The notes under the pieces: model-generated
Seen by the model: the letters and a program-made list of their open reading frames with translations, nothing else
The model's database searches: none
Told to the model about the DNA's origin: nothing
Position numbers and translations under genes: made by a program
In this document: positions 48,432 to 56,739 of the stretch, piece after piece
Layout of the letters: every line of letters starts with the position of its first letter
Position numbering within the stretch: position 1 is the stretch's first letter
NCBI GenBank assembly: GCA_022843145.1
Contig: JALHOF010000020.1
Coordinates: 1,514 to 65,513, forward strand
DNA: 64,000 bases
Direction of reading: 5' to 3'
Source: Hyphomicrobium sp.
GTDB lineage: Bacteria > Pseudomonadota > Alphaproteobacteria > Rhizobiales > Hyphomicrobiaceae

Positions 48432-48575
48432 GACAAAATCCTCCTAGGGACGCCCTCTTTGAGGACGGTCGACGGGCGGCTCAATTGCGTGTCGAGCAGG
48501 GAGTCGCGCGGGCTCTGGAAGCAGCGGCAGAAGGAAACCGCGAAGGTCGCCAACCGCCGCCGCTGTACAGTGACG

Positions 48576-48782
48576 TCAGCCGATCTTGTAGATCTGCGTG
48601 TCGCCAATTGGCTGCATCGGAGAGTGAATTTCCGACGTCTTCTTGGGCGCCGGACCGGCGAGCCAATTATAACGTTCGGTGCTGAGCAGCAGGAAGTGGA
48701 TGGTGAAAGCGAGTATGGCCAGGAAGACATACAGCGCCGTGAGGACCCGTACAGGATGGATCCATTGCCAGATTACATGCAT
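48576..48782 (-). CDS. pufA: light-harvesting 1 alpha polypeptide
   Basis: LAILAFTIHFLLLSTERYNWL contains the BChl-binding His and the conserved LST.R.NW motif. 68 aa with a C-terminal extension. Confidence 0.9.
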   Translation of the reverse strand: MHVIWQWIHPVRVLTALYVFLAILAFTIHFLLLSTERYNWLAGPAPKKTSEIHSPMQPIGDTQIYKIG

Positions 48783-48840
48783 CTCGATATCTCCTATTCG
48801 AGATCGTATTGCACTAACCGTGGACGCGCGGACGCGTCCA
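48781..48840 (-). other. two RNA stem-loops in the pufB-pufA spacer, the proximal one presenting the pufA SD in its loop
   Basis: ATCTCGA/TCGAGAT (48781-48787 / 48798-48804; the mRNA loop reads AUAGGAGAUA and the 3' arm includes the AU of the pufA AUG). TGGACGCG/CGCGTCCA (48821-48828 / 48833-48840, 4-nt loop). Confidence 0.55.
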
Positions 48841-48871
48841 TGGTTGTCGATCGAGCGTCATCGGCTTGGTA

Positions 48872-49027
48872 TCAACCGAGCCAAGGGCGCCACATCCAAC
48901 ACAGCACGTGGGCGACCACTGCGATCGCCACGTACAGAATGGTCATTTGCATGAAGCCGCCATGCAGCTCCCGTGCTTCTTGGTCGGATAGACCCGACGT
49001 ATTCAACTTGTCGCCAATACCAGCCAT
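48872..49027 (-). CDS. pufB: light-harvesting 1 beta polypeptide
   Basis: GLSDQEARELHGGFMQMTILYVAIAVVAHVLCWMWRPWL contains the conserved His and a WRPW ending. Trimmed to the ATG at 49025-49027 (51 aa). Confidence 0.9.
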   Translation of the reverse strand: MAGIGDKLNTSGLSDQEARELHGGFMQMTILYVAIAVVAHVLCWMWRPWLG

Positions 49028-49162
49028 GTCATGTCTCCGGCTGTTGGGCCTAAGGCCCGTTACCGCGTATCCACCCACGCGGCGGGGCTCAGGGTCATGG
49101 TCGTGACCACGACTCATGTCTCGCCCGTTGTGCGGGCAGAGATCGCCACATCGCCATCATGC

Positions 49163-49408
49163 TCATCCCATGAACGCGAACGGGATGACGGTGTGCACGG
49201 CTTCACGCGCTTCCGAGAACACGGAGCGCCTTCGGCCGCCGATAATTGCGCTTTGCTGCCGCGAGCCGGGGACGAGCCGCGCGACAACTGCGAAGAGGAG
49301 GAAAATCGGATAGACGAGGAGGACAAGAAGCCGATACTCGTGCTGCTTCGCGTTCGCGCGCCGGTCGCGGTAGCGCCCGCCGAGGCTCGCATGTGTGTCG
49401 TGTGCCAT
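49163..49408 (-). CDS. PufQ-like small membrane protein (81 aa)
   Basis: Sits between the bchZ stop and pufB. Basic N-terminus, one central hydrophobic helix (YRLLVLLVYPIFLLFAVVARLV), then SVFSEAREAVHTVIPFAF. GGGAG Shine-Dalgarno 7 nt before the ATG at 49406-49408. The resemblance to Rhodobacter PufQ is from memory. Confidence 0.5.
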   Translation of the reverse strand: MAHDTHASLGGRYRDRRANAKQHEYRLLVLLVYPIFLLFAVVARLVPGSRQQSAIIGGRRRSVFSEAREAVHTVIPFAFMG

Positions 49409-49467
49409 AGTGCAGCTCCCTGTCAGTCCCGGTTCGTCGATTGCAATCCGGCCGGTGGCGTGTCGGT

Positions 49468-50925
49468 TCATCGCACGCCCCCTGCCGTCAGAAGCACGTC
49501 GGTTTGCTCGACGTGCGAGGCCGTCACTCGCGTCGCGCCGGCATGGCGCGCCGCGACTTCCGATGCGTCACGGATCCGCTTTGCCGCGGAGATGCGCACG
49601 AGGATGGGTTGCCGTGAAACCGCGGCGTCGAGCGCCAGGCGCGCGTCCTCGTCCCACGGAAGCTGCTCGTTGATGCGGGCCGGGCTCGCTTCGATGCGAT
49701 CCATGTCGGTCGCCAGCGGCAGGATATGGAACAGCGCGTCGAAGAAGCCGTTGCAGACTTCCTGCACGACGTAGGTCGCGCCGGCGTAGCCCATGAACGG
49801 CGTGCCGGTATGACGGCGGATGATCGCGCCGGGGAACGATGCCGGGATGAACGCCGCGCGGCCGCCTGCCTCCGCGAGATACATCCGCTCGTTGAACGAG
49901 CCGAACAGCACCAGGGGCGGCCTGCTGCGGATCGCTTCACGCACCGCGTCGTTGTCGGTCTTCTGGCCCGACTTGCGCGAGATCGCGAAACTGCACGGAA
50001 GCCCGAGTTCTTCGTGCAGGAAGTTGCTGAGACCGCGGGCGTAGGTCTCGTTGGCAACGACACCGAAGCCGGCTGTGGCAAAGAAGTCTTGTGTCACCGA
50101 CCGCCAGAGATCCCACAGCGGCTTGATCGTCGAATGCTTCTCTTTTTCGATGAACGGCTCCGGATCGAGCCCGAGCAACTCGCCCAGCGAGCGCAGAAAC
50201 AGCGTCGTCGAATGCAATCCGATCGGCGCTTGAAGATACGGCCGCTCCAGCGACTCGCACAGCAGGCGGCCATATTCGCGGTACATGCAGACATTCACGT
50301 CCGCGTCGACCAGCCGGCCCGTCTCCGACAGATGACTGCCGAGCGGGAAAACCATGTTGATCTCTGCGCCGATGCCCTCCACCAAGCGGCGGATCTCGGC
50401 GAGGTCGGACGGCATGTTGAACATGCCGTAGGCGGGTCCGACAATGTTCACGCGTGGCTTCGCGCCTTCGGTGACTGGCTTGCGCTTCGGGAACTTGCCG
50501 CCCTTCGCGCCGTACTGCGTCCACAGCCAGTTCATGGCGCGGTCGGCGCACTGCCACTGATCTTCGTCGATGGTGCGCGGCAGGAACCGCTGCACGTTCG
50601 ACCCTTCGGGCGTCACACCACCGCCGATCATCTCTGCAATCGACCCAGTGACAACGACGCTCGGCAGCTTCTTGTCGAGGGTGCCCGCCGCACGCCTCAT
50701 CGCCGCCTCGGTGCCGCGCTGGCCGAGTTCTTCTTCACCGAGACCGGTGACGACGATCGGCAGTTCGTGCGGCGGCAGCGCGTCGGTGTAATGCAGCACA
50801 GATGTGACCGGCAAATTCTCGCAGCCCACGGGCCCATCGATGATGACCTGCAAGCCCTTGATCGCGGTGAAGACGTACACCGCGCCCCAGTACCCGCCAG
50901 CTCTGTCGTGATCGAGGACAAGCAT
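49468..50925 (-). CDS. bchZ: chlorophyllide a reductase subunit Z
   Basis: [39 protein letters not shown]. Start chosen at the ATG 50923-50925, which forms a TGATG junction with the bchY stop. Confidence 0.93.
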   Translation of the reverse strand: MLVLDHDRAGGYWGAVYVFTAIKGLQVIIDGPVGCENLPVTSVLHYTDALPPHELPIVVTGLGEEELGQRGTEAAMRRAAGTLDKKLPSVVVTGSIAEMIGGGVTPEGSNVQRFLPRTIDEDQWQCADRAMNWLWTQYGAKGGKFPKRKPVTEGAKPRVNIVGPAYGMFNMPSDLAEIRRLVEGIGAEINMVFPLGSHLSETGRLVDADVNVCMYREYGRLLCESLERPYLQAPIGLHSTTLFLRSLGELLGLDPEPFIEKEKHSTIKPLWDLWRSVTQDFFATAGFGVVANETYARGLSNFLHEELGLPCSFAISRKSGQKTDNDAVREAIRSRPPLVLFGSFNERMYLAEAGGRAAFIPASFPGAIIRRHTGTPFMGYAGATYVVQEVCNGFFDALFHILPLATDMDRIEASPARINEQLPWDEDARLALDAAVSRQPILVRISAAKRIRDASEVAARHAGATRVTASHVEQTDVLLTAGGVR

Positions 50926-52451
50926 CAGTGCGCATCCTCCGTAATTGTATCGAGACCTTTGGTGCGCTTCGCCGTCGGGAGAATGGTCGCCGGTCCTTTG
51001 CCCACGGCCGGCTTGGTCGGCAGGCCCTCCCACACGCCAGCGGTGTCTCCGGTTCCGACGCCGGCGAAAAACGCTTTCATCGTGTCGAAGCGTCCCTTGG
51101 ACCCGATGGCGGCGTTGATGACGTCGGCGAGGGAACCCGCTCCGGCAGGCCCCATGAGCGGCCGCGCGGAAATCAGGTTCGTGAAGTAGAGCGACGGCGT
51201 TCCGTGCTGCTTCGCCTTCTGCACGACCGGCGTGGTGCCGATGGCGAGATCCGGCGCAAACTCTGCGAATGCAGCGAGATCCTGCTCGAGCGACGCGCGG
51301 AACTGGACGTGGACGCCCTTCGATTCGAGCCACTGCGCGTCTTCCTCGGAAAACCGCGTTCGCGGACAGGCCGAGCCGACGTATCGCAGATCCGCGCCGC
51401 TCTCCACGAGCAGCCGCCCGACCAGAAGCTCCGAGCCCTCGTATCCCGACAACGTCACCCGCCCCTTGATGGGCTTTGCGGCAAGCGCGGCCTTGATGGC
51501 AGGAATGATCCGCGATACCGCTGCTTCGCGCTTTTCCGCGCTGACGCCTGCCGCCTGGCCGATCGCTTCGATCCAGGCCGCCGTGCCGGCGACGCCGACC
51601 GGCGCGGACCCGACAATCGGGCGGCCGGCCGCTTCGAACTCACGGAACGACGCCGTGTAGAAGGGATGGATGGCCGCGACCGCCACGCAATCGAGAGCCT
51701 GATAGAGTTCGCGCCACTCGCGCGTCGGGACGACCGGACCGGCTGCCAATCCCATCGGTTCGAGGATCGCACCGATCGACATCGGATCGGCGGGGAACAT
51801 CTCGCCGACCAGCGTCACCGTCGGCTTGCCGCTCACGCCTTGGCGCGGCGCCTGCACCGGACCCTGCTCGGCCTCCTTACGCGCGTAAGCCAACATCGCG
51901 CCAGCCAGCACGTCCTTCGCTTCGGCATGTGTCGGCACGCCGAACCCCGGCACGTCGATGCCGATGATGCGGACGCCGTTGATCTCCTTCGGCAACAGCC
52001 GCAACGGCACGCCAGATGCCGACGGCACGCAAAGGTTGGTCACCACCACGGTGTCGTACTTCGCCGGATCGGCAAGCTGAAATACAGCTTCGCGGATGTC
52101 CTCGAACAGCTTGCCCGTCACAAGCGTCTCGGAGTTGAACGGCACATAGCCGACCGTCCGCCGCGCGCCATAGAAGTGTGAGGTAAAGGTCAGGCCATAG
52201 ACGCAGCAGGCGGAGCCCGAGAGCACCGTCGCCGTCCGCCGCATGCGCAATCCAACGCGCAGCGAGCCGAACGCCGGGCACATGCTCTGAGGCTGGTCAT
52301 GCGGTCCTTTCGGATAGTCGGCCGCATACCGTGCCAGCAACTCGCTCTGACCCGCGGCCTCAGCCGCTCGCGTCATCTCGGCGGCGCCGCCATGACAGCC
52401 GCCCGCCGCGCTCGCCGCGCCAATCTCGGGTGTGTCTGATATCTGCGTCAT
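50925..52451 (-). CDS. bchY: chlorophyllide a reductase subunit Y
   Basis: [36 protein letters not shown]. 508 aa. Confidence 0.93.
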   Translation of the reverse strand: MTQISDTPEIGAASAAGGCHGGAAEMTRAAEAAGQSELLARYAADYPKGPHDQPQSMCPAFGSLRVGLRMRRTATVLSGSACCVYGLTFTSHFYGARRTVGYVPFNSETLVTGKLFEDIREAVFQLADPAKYDTVVVTNLCVPSASGVPLRLLPKEINGVRIIGIDVPGFGVPTHAEAKDVLAGAMLAYARKEAEQGPVQAPRQGVSGKPTVTLVGEMFPADPMSIGAILEPMGLAAGPVVPTREWRELYQALDCVAVAAIHPFYTASFREFEAAGRPIVGSAPVGVAGTAAWIEAIGQAAGVSAEKREAAVSRIIPAIKAALAAKPIKGRVTLSGYEGSELLVGRLLVESGADLRYVGSACPRTRFSEEDAQWLESKGVHVQFRASLEQDLAAFAEFAPDLAIGTTPVVQKAKQHGTPSLYFTNLISARPLMGPAGAGSLADVINAAIGSKGRFDTMKAFFAGVGTGDTAGVWEGLPTKPAVGKGPATILPTAKRTKGLDTITEDAH

Positions 52452-52511
52452 CGGGCCACTTTCATCTCATCAGCCGGGTGCGCTGCGGACCAGCGCACCA
52501 AGCAACGTCGA

Positions 52512-53516
52512 TCAAGCCTTGTCGTAGATCACTTCGAGAGACGGCTTCTCGATCAGCGCGCGACCGCACATGTCTTCGAGCGAGGCCGGCTGCAGCAGCA
52601 CGTCGCGTCCAACAGTCTCGCCGGAAAACAGACCAAGCAGATCGTCGGGGCTCAACGGCGACGGATGCACGGGCGGAGCCAGTCCGACATTGGCGGCGAG
52701 CGTTTCGAACAACGGCCCCCAACGATCGCCGGGGCGGCCGATGATCTGGTAGTTCGCACTCTTTTTGCGGATGTCGTCGTCGGCCGGGATCGCCGCCAAC
52801 ACAGGGATTCCGACCGCCTTCGCGAAGGCATGCGCTTCGCCGGTGCCGTCATCCTTGTTGATGACGATGCCCGCGACACCGACGTTGCCGCCGAGCTTGC
52901 GGAAGTACTGCACGGCTGAGCAGACGTTATTCGCGACGTAGAGGGATTGCAGATCGTTGGAGCCGACGACGATGACTTTCTGGCACATGTCGCGAGCGAT
53001 CGGCAGGCCGAAGCCACCGCAAACGACGTCGCCGAGGAAATCGAGCAGGACGTAATCGAAGCCCCAGTCGTGGAAGCCGAGCTTCTCCAGAAGTTCGAAG
53101 CCGTGAATAATGCCGCGCCCGCCGCAGCCGCGACCGACTTCCGGACCGCCGAGCTCCATCGCGAACACGCCGTCGCGCTTGTAGCAAACGTCGCCGATCT
53201 TGACGTCTTCGCCGGCGAGCTTCTTCTTGGTCGATGTTTCGATGATGGTCGGGCAGGCGCGCCCACCGAACAACAGCGACGTCGTATCGCTCTTCGGATC
53301 GCAGCCGATCAGCAGCACCCGTTTGCCCTGCTGCGCCATCATGTAGGACAGGTTGGCGAGCGTAAAGCTCTTGCCGATGCCGCCCTTGCCGTAGATGGCG
53401 ATGATCTGCGTTTCCTTCTTCGCCTCACCTTCGCTGCCGCCTCGACCGGCGAAATCGTCCGAGCGATCTTGCGCGGGCGTCGGCAGGATGTGCTTCGCGA
53501 GACCGAGAGCCGTCAT
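52512..53516 (-). CDS. bchX: chlorophyllide a reductase iron protein subunit X
   Basis: [21 protein letters not shown]-loop, NifH/BchL-like. The ATG at 53514-53516 forms an ATGA overlap with the bchC stop. Confidence 0.93.
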   Translation of the reverse strand: MTALGLAKHILPTPAQDRSDDFAGRGGSEGEAKKETQIIAIYGKGGIGKSFTLANLSYMMAQQGKRVLLIGCDPKSDTTSLLFGGRACPTIIETSTKKKLAGEDVKIGDVCYKRDGVFAMELGGPEVGRGCGGRGIIHGFELLEKLGFHDWGFDYVLLDFLGDVVCGGFGLPIARDMCQKVIVVGSNDLQSLYVANNVCSAVQYFRKLGGNVGVAGIVINKDDGTGEAHAFAKAVGIPVLAAIPADDDIRKKSANYQIIGRPGDRWGPLFETLAANVGLAPPVHPSPLSPDDLLGLFSGETVGRDVLLQPASLEDMCGRALIEKPSLEVIYDKA

Positions 53517-54454
53517 GCGCAAGTCCTCCAATCCAGAACCATCTTAAGGCACGAGGGATCCTCGAATGCCGCGGCGTAGGCATGTTTCGCGTCCCGCGCA
53601 TCCATCGCGTGGGAGATCAGGCCATCGAGTGACAGCTTGCCGTCTTGCACCAGCCGGTTCACTGACGTGAGGTCTTCGGGCAGCCATTCGGCGGCCACCC
53701 GCAACCTCACCTCGCGCAGGAAGGCGGGTACGAAATCGAAGTCGACGCGTGTTTCGTAGAAGCCCGCGAGCACGATCTCGCCGCCCTTCACGATGCGTCC
53801 GATCAGGTCGTCGAGAATGCCGGCGCTACCACTTGCGTCGTAGATCGAAGTGTAGTCCCGGCGGTTGTCGTCCGATGGCTGCACGACGGCATAGCCCACC
53901 GCACCGTCGGCGCGGCTCGGCTCACGCTCCCACACGGTCGGCGGCAAACCGCCAAGCGCGATGGCAATCCGTGCGAGAAGCCGGCCAACGATGCCGTGGC
54001 CGACGATGAGATCCGGAAGCGCCGCGCCGCGCGCCGCGAGTGCATGATGCGCCGTCGCCGCCAGCGCCAGCAGCACCGCGCGATCGCCGAGCGTGTGATC
54101 GACAGAAACGGCGCGCGCTTGTCGTGTCACCAGGCGGCTGGATGACGCTCCGAATAGCCCGCGCACTGCGCCGTAGCAATTCGCGCCAGGAACGAAGACG
54201 TGCTCGCCGATGCGATGCCGTGCGTTGGAACCTGCGTCGACGATCTGACCGGTGGCTTCGTAGCCGGGAACCAGCGGATATCCCATTCCGGGGAAGGCCG
54301 GCATACGTCCAGTCCACAACAGCCGCTCTGTGCCTGTCGAGATGCCGCTGTACCGGACGTCGACGACAACATCGTCGTCAGCTGGGGCCGTGAGCTCGAT
54401 GGCGCGTAGGCCGAGCTCCTTCGGCTGCTCCAGTATGACGGCGAAAGACTGCAT
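53513..54454 (-). CDS. bchC: 3-hydroxyethyl bacteriochlorophyllide a dehydrogenase
   Basis: VRYSGISTGTERLLWTGRMPAFPGMGYPLVPGYE (MDR family, BchC-type). 313 aa. Confidence 0.92.
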   Translation of the reverse strand: MQSFAVILEQPKELGLRAIELTAPADDDVVVDVRYSGISTGTERLLWTGRMPAFPGMGYPLVPGYEATGQIVDAGSNARHRIGEHVFVPGANCYGAVRGLFGASSSRLVTRQARAVSVDHTLGDRAVLLALAATAHHALAARGAALPDLIVGHGIVGRLLARIAIALGGLPPTVWEREPSRADGAVGYAVVQPSDDNRRDYTSIYDASGSAGILDDLIGRIVKGGEIVLAGFYETRVDFDFVPAFLREVRLRVAAEWLPEDLTSVNRLVQDGKLSLDGLISHAMDARDAKHAYAAAFEDPSCLKMVLDWRTCA

Positions 54455-54516
54455 CGTACCCCTCCACCGAACATCCGGCTGGTCGAACTCATCGCCAGCA
54501 CGGAGACCGGGACTTG

Positions 54517-54560
54517 TGTCAGGCTAGCCTGTCTCTAAATAATGTCAATCTACGTTTACA
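54517..54560. promoter_or_regulatory. tandem PpsR-type sites 8 bp apart upstream of bchC: TGTCAGGCTAGCCTGTCT (imperfect) and TGTCAATCTACGTTTACA (perfect TGT-N12-ACA)
   Basis: Read directly from the sequence. 63-106 nt upstream of the bchC start. The reverse complement of the perfect site ends in TTGACA. Confidence 0.6.
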
Positions 54561-54582
54561 TTCGTGCGATCACATCTTGTGC

Positions 54583-55761
54583 TCATCCACCGGCATCGCG
54601 CGTGGCGGCGATCAAGCCGGTCAACGTCGCCCTGAACGTCTGCACTCTGTTAATGTTTGAAAAGCCAGATTTTTTCAGGAGCGCCGCGAGTTCATCCTCG
54701 CTCCGCGAGGCACCCCGACCCATGGCCATCAGATAGAATCCGAAATAGGCGTCGGATGCCGGCGTACCTGCCAGCGTCTCGGCGATGAGTAGCGTCCCGC
54801 CCGGCGGCAACGCCTCACGCACACGCGCAAGAATGCGCAGAACCGTCCGATCGTCGTGATCGAGCAGCACGCGGATTAACGTCGCGACGTCCGCGCCCAT
54901 TGGCAGCGGATCATCGAGAAAGCTGCCTCCGGCGATACGAACGCGCGGCGATAGATCAGGATCGCCCAGCTTGGCCTTGGCGCGCTCGGCGACCGCGGGA
55001 AGGTCGAACAACGTCAATTGCAGATGCGGTGCCCGCCGGCCGGCAGCCGCGATGAAGGTACCGTCGCCACCGCCGACATCGAGCAGATGCCGGTGGCCCG
55101 CCATCGAATAGGCATCGAGAATGTCGTCGGCTATCAGCACCTGCGATTCGGCCATGAAGGCCGTGTACGCTGCAACCGTTTCAGGCGACAGCGCCTCCGG
55201 CGCATCGCTATGGGCATACGACCAGAACGACGACAACTGCGTATGCCGATAGTCGCCCTTCAACAGCCGAACGGGGTCGGAGAGATCGCGATAGAAGATG
55301 GCGTTGTGTTCGATAATCGATGCGAACGCCGGAGTCGCGGCGACGGCCGATCCGAGATCGCCGAGGCCATACCGGCCGCCGGACCGCTCCGACAAGAGTT
55401 CAAGCGCGACTGACGCCTTGATCAGACGGCGAGCTTCATCGGGCGCAAGGCCGATCCGCACCGCGATCGTCTCGAGCGGCAACGGACCCTGCTTGAGAAG
55501 GTCGTAGAGACCGAGCCGGAGGCCCGCCGTCAAAACCTGCGTGTAGACGAACCCGGCGATGATGCCGAACAGCGCCTTCTCCTTGCGCCGGGCGAAGCCG
55601 CGCGACAATGGAAACCTCGCCACCCAGCGCTGAAAGCCGGGGCGAGCCAGCATGCGATCGCGCATCGCGAAGATGCGATCCATCGGCGTCATATGGCTGT
55701 CCAGCTCCATTCCGTGGTCGTATGGGCTGGCGGCCGGCAGCACATCGAGCGGCGCCGTCAT
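54583..55761 (-). CDS. crtF: hydroxyneurosporene / demethylspheroidene O-methyltransferase
   Basis: O-methyltransferase family 2 with LLDVGGGDGTF SAM motif. 392 aa. Position between crtE and bchC. ATGA overlap with the crtE stop. Confidence 0.88.
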   Translation of the reverse strand: MTAPLDVLPAASPYDHGMELDSHMTPMDRIFAMRDRMLARPGFQRWVARFPLSRGFARRKEKALFGIIAGFVYTQVLTAGLRLGLYDLLKQGPLPLETIAVRIGLAPDEARRLIKASVALELLSERSGGRYGLGDLGSAVAATPAFASIIEHNAIFYRDLSDPVRLLKGDYRHTQLSSFWSYAHSDAPEALSPETVAAYTAFMAESQVLIADDILDAYSMAGHRHLLDVGGGDGTFIAAAGRRAPHLQLTLFDLPAVAERAKAKLGDPDLSPRVRIAGGSFLDDPLPMGADVATLIRVLLDHDDRTVLRILARVREALPPGGTLLIAETLAGTPASDAYFGFYLMAMGRGASRSEDELAALLKKSGFSNINRVQTFRATLTGLIAATRDAGG

Positions 55762-56630
55762 GCCGCCACTCTGACAAGTCCGGCCGGCAACATCCGCTGC
55801 GCATCACGCTGGACCAGTTTGCGGAAGCCGTCCCGGCCGGGGCATTCAGGCACCATGTCGAGCGCCTCAGCCAACAACGTCTCCACCCGTGCGACAGCGC
55901 CGCTCAGTCCGCGCTCCGCGACCGCGCTCGGCCGCGCGAGCGCCGCGTCACGCCCAACCGGCTTGCCGAGAAGCGCGGCGTCGCCCGCCGCGTCGCAGAC
56001 GTCATCGGCGGCCTGAAATGCGCGCCCCAAATGCTCACCGAACCGGTGCCAGCCCTCTGATTGCGCTCCAGCCGCGATGGCGCCGACCGCAGAGGCTCCG
56101 GCGAACAATGCCCCGGTCTTGGCCCGATGATAGGCCTCGAGATCGATGGACGGCTCGCATTCCCAAGCCTGCCCGGCGGCAATGCCCGACGGTGCGCCGA
56201 CCGATTTCGCAATCGCCGCCAGCACACCGGCCATCCTCTTGGGATGGCTCGACGACGCCAGCGCTAGCGACTCGAACGCCAGCACGATCAACGCATCGCC
56301 CGTGAGGACAGCGATCCGCTCGCCGTAAGCGGCATGCACCGAGGGATGCCCCCGCCGCGTCGAGGCGTTGTCGAAGCACGGCAAATCGTCGTGCACCAGG
56401 GACGCGCAATGCAAGAGCTCGATTGAAACAGCGCCCGCCAGCACAAGCGCCGCATCATCGGCTCGGCAGGCTTCCGCAACGGCGATCGCGAGGCGCGGGC
56501 GAATGCGCTTTCCACCAGGAAAGACAGCGGAATGCAGCGCCTGCTCGAGCTGCGAGGGGCAATCGGCCCCGCGCGTGCTCTGCAGTGTCTCGGCCAGCGC
56601 CGCCTCGATCTGCTCGGCCTTTAACTGCAT
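55758..56630 (-). CDS. crtE: geranylgeranyl diphosphate synthase
   Basis: First and second Asp-rich motifs (LVHDDLPCFDN, FQAADDVCD). 290 aa. Confidence 0.9.
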   Translation of the reverse strand: MQLKAEQIEAALAETLQSTRGADCPSQLEQALHSAVFPGGKRIRPRLAIAVAEACRADDAALVLAGAVSIELLHCASLVHDDLPCFDNASTRRGHPSVHAAYGERIAVLTGDALIVLAFESLALASSSHPKRMAGVLAAIAKSVGAPSGIAAGQAWECEPSIDLEAYHRAKTGALFAGASAVGAIAAGAQSEGWHRFGEHLGRAFQAADDVCDAAGDAALLGKPVGRDAALARPSAVAERGLSGAVARVETLLAEALDMVPECPGRDGFRKLVQRDAQRMLPAGLVRVAA

Positions 56631-56651
56631 GACGCGGTCTCCGGAGTTGAC

Positions 56652-56695
56652 TGTAACCGAAAATGGTCATTCTATTGTGTCAGCTAAAATGGACA
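56652..56695. promoter_or_regulatory. tandem PpsR-type sites 8 bp apart in the crtE/crtD divergent promoter: TGTAACCGAAAATGGTCA (imperfect) and TGTCAGCTAAAATGGACA (perfect)
   Basis: Read directly from the 109-bp intergenic region. Confidence 0.6.
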
Positions 56696-56739
56696 CTTCT
56701 TCCGTGACTCGTCAACCCGCATTCGCATCGGGGCGGATA

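Noticed and set aside
49046-49058. GGGCC-TAA-GGCCC mini-hairpin in the pufQ-like/pufB spacer
   Set aside because: A 5-bp stem with a 3-nt loop is too small to claim as a regulatory structure.
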